64,000 bases of DNA. Source: Podarcis melisellensis (Eukaryota). Location: assembly GCA_964234715.1 (NCBI GenBank), contig OZ174275.1; one strand, given 5' to 3'. Position 1 is the stretch's first letter. Each line of letters starts with the position of its first letter. A program made the position numbers and the translations under genes. The notes below the pieces were generated by a model. It was not told where the DNA came from. It worked only from the letters and a program-made list of their open reading frames with translations, and did not search any database. Shown here one piece after another: positions 61,190 to 64,000 of this stretch.

Positions 61190-62120
61190 GTTGCGGGGGA
61201 CGTGCCATTTCCCATGCTGATATAAAATGTGATAAGTTGGACTCTAACAGACCCAACAGCATCCACCTAACTCCTGCAGGGAATGAGTGCTGGATAGCAG
61301 ATGTGTTTTAGGACATCTCCCATTGCTTGCAGTTGTAGGTGGTTTGGTGGTGAGGCATCTTAACCATCTGGTGGTTAATAAGAGAGTCTGTGTACTGGTC
61401 CAGTAAACGCTTCCGCTGCGCAACCAGCAACAGTTCCCTTTGCAGAGCATTAATTAAGTCCAGTGCAGAGATTCTTGTTGCAGTACAAGCTTCAAAGTCT
61501 CAGCAGCAAAGAAATAACGACACAGGGAAGCCTGTCTTTCCAAAGACAGGTTTATTGCAGAAAGATAACAGAAACACCTCCGGAGCTTTCAGACATTTTT
61601 GCTTCACGCCCCACAGGCAGAGAAAACAAACACTCTTTATATACTGAGCAACTTAACAACTTAACGAGCTTGACTACTTAAAGTCACACGACATTGCTAA
61701 CTTGCCAGCGTCTTAGGTTTCACACCCTAACAGTTAAGGCATTGAGTTGAATCCTAGCCTTCAAGCGTGGGGTGATGTGGCGCATCACCCACTACGAACC
61801 AGTGGTGTTTTCAGGGTACCCTGTTGAAGATGTCTCGGTGGATGTCCCTGTCCTGAAGCCAAGTGTGTGGCAGATGGGCCATAGGGCTTACAGTGGCGGC
61901 CTTAGGATGGCTGACTCAGTAGATCGACATCTTCTGGAAGCTACAATCCTGGCACGACCCTGCAGCTGTTCCAGTCCTCCAGCAGGAGGTTGGAATGGAT
62001 ACACCCAATGCCTGAGTCAAAATTCCTCCTACATTCTGTAATCAATAAAGTTGTGGCCCTTATTAATCCAGATTGTTGTCTGCCTGAGTTATTGATCATA
62101 TATTATAAATAGACACTGAC
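61190..62120. mobile_element. Composite LTR-like region (a probable inverted LTR at about 61476-61730 inside an element related to 26970-27730)
   Basis: 62000-62095 resembles 27590-27690 (cctacattc...aataaagttgtggcc...ttgtc...ttatt). 61476-61730 has minus-strand TATATAAA and AATAAA. Boundaries uncertain, no convincing TSD. Confidence 0.4.
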
Positions 62121-62361
62121 ACGGTGTGGGCGGCACTGTGCCTGGGGCCACAACTAAATATGCACACCACATGTTTTTGTGGACAGAATCTCTGTGCCTT
62201 TTAAAAGCTGCATAACAGGCCCAGAACAAGAGATGAGCCCCTTTCCATTATTGCATCTTTAAGTGGAGGCTCATATGGTCCGATTCACATGAGGAAATAC
62301 CAGGTGAGAGAATTACAGGGATATATGGACAATCTATGGACATTTCTGGACAAGTTATGGA

Positions 62362-62815
62362 CAATTCTATTTCTATGCAACTTTTGCCACAAAAGAGTGT
62401 TACCTCCTGGCTGCAATGGCATATACATGGTCATCTGCAATCCACTCATCTACACAGTCACCGGGTCTCAGAAGGTTTGTGTTTTTCTGGTGGCTGGTTC
62501 ATACATTGCCGGCTCTGTCTGTTCCCTGATACACAAAGGTTGTTTGACTCATTTATCGTTCTGTGGTCCTAATGTCACTGATCATTTTTACTGTGAAAGT
62601 TCTCCACTCTTTCAACTTTCCTGTTCTGATACAAGTGTCAATGACTTTGTGATGTTTGCATATGTTAGCTTTAACCTGAAAAGCACCCATGTGACAGTCC
62701 TTTGACAGTGACACCCTTCTATCATTGTCACTATTTTGAGAATCCGCTCAGCTGAGGGCAGGCACAAAGCCTTCTCCACCTGCTCCTCTCACCTGCTGGC
62801 TGTCACTATCCTTTT
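62362..62815 (+). pseudogene. OR pseudogene, internal fragment (TM3-TM6)
   Basis: QFYFYATFATKECYLLAAMA, a frameshifting deletion in MAYDRY, YMVICNPLIY...HFYCE...LSCSD, another frameshift near 62700, then [18 protein letters not shown]. Both ends are missing. Confidence 0.88.
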
Positions 62816-62949
62816 ACCCCCTTTGAGAATTAGATTGATCGGCTGTGGTACTTAGTACTATATGAGTTATTATTACCTTATATACCAAATGTACCACTTC
62901 TCAAGCGGTCTTTCAGAATGTATGAGGGATTTTAATTTGGCTGCAATAA

Positions 62950-63884
62950 GCTTCACTATATGACTATGAGGTCAATTTTAGATATTTTCTTGTATGTTCT
63001 TGGGATGTGAGGTACTTCAGGGAGCATTAAGATTTCCCCAGTGATCCCAAAGAAAGTGAAGGCAACATCATTGTTTGCTGAGACAATAAAAAGCCCTAGA
63101 GTCATGTAGAACAGAAATAGATCTGGAAGCATTTTGCTATTGGTTTCACAAGTCAATGGTTCACCTGCACCGAAGACTCAGCTTGAAAGAGTCAGAAAGC
63201 TTCAAGCTATTAAAGACACAACTGAACTTTGAGGAAGACAGTAAGTTCAGATATATTTTTTCAGTCATGTGAGAGGCCATTGTGATACTAGCACAACTGT
63301 TTTGCTGCCACTGCATATTAGTATTGCTGGAATATGCTTTAGCCATGTGTAATATTTCACTAGCAACAAGTTTTGTGTTTTGGGAAATAAGAAAAGGTGA
63401 ACCATTTGGATCCTCAGAGAAGCATTAATTGATGTACCCTCTGCAGATACATCATGCATGATGGTGTACAAAAGCACCTGGAATTAATTCTCAGCAAAAG
63501 ACAGTTATAGAGCAGTTTCCCCCAAGTTGCTACCCACACGCTGTCTTAGACTACAGCTCCCATCATCTCTGGTAATCAAAAACAATATTTGAAACTAATT
63601 GTAGCTGTAGCCCAACAATATATGGAGCGTCCCTGGTTGGGGAAGGTTGATTGAGGCAATAGTTCTCTCTCTTTCTACCTGTCAAGAACCCTTTTCATTT
63701 CGACAGTGTTTGGGGAACTATGTGTCTCACATGGAAATGGATTATGCTTGGGTATATGTCACCTTCAGGCATGTTGGCTGTTCTGGTATGCCTACATTCT
63801 GGCAGCCACTGATATGCTCTGAGACGCCTATGATATAGACATTGGGTCCTTCATTCTATATCACTGTGCATTGTTTAACATTCC
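62950..63884 (+). promoter_or_regulatory. Paralogous OR promoter, first exon and intron start with no CDS in the window
   Basis: Collinear with 58330-59330, including the donor agaca|gtaagt at 63241. Confidence 0.55.
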
Positions 63885-64000
63885 TAAAGGTAAAGCTAAA
63901 GGTACCCCTGACCGTTAGGTCCAGTCGTGGATGACTCTGGGGTTGCGTGCTCATCTCACTCTATAGGCCGAGGGAGCCGGCGTTTGTCCGCAGACAGCTT
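63885..64000 (-). mobile_element. Sauria SINE 3' part, cut by the window end
   Basis: taaaggtaaagctaaaggtacccctg...gctcatctcactctataggccgagggagccggc. Confidence 0.88.

Overview
Vertebrate genomic DNA from a squamate reptile, most likely a lacertid lizard, judging by the Sauria and Squam3-type SINEs and BovB LINEs. The left end holds the first coding exon of LRRC55 (BK channel gamma-3 subunit, minus strand). From about 16 kb onward lies a class II olfactory receptor (OR5-like) cluster. It has six ORs with intact ATG-initiated ORFs, one OR whose expected ATG is GTG, and three OR pseudogene fragments. The cluster shows a ~10 kb tandem duplication, probable gene conversion confined to coding exons, and a recurring promoter architecture. 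Transposons are dense: a full-length BovB (RTE LINE) with an open ORF and a 12-bp TSD, a decayed BovB with a nested SINE, four Sauria SINEs, hAT and Tc1/mariner-type MITEs with exact TIRs/TSDs, solo LTRs, Penelope remnants (one with a decayed hammerhead core), and L1/L2/CR1 fragments. There is also a 535-bp assembly gap. I found no wholly new biological system. The best leads are the possibly active BovB, the OR promoter motif with an orphan promoter predicting another OR just past the window, coding-limited OR homogenisation, and the ATG-less OR. All alignments were done by eye, and family names come from recalled consensus features, not database searches.
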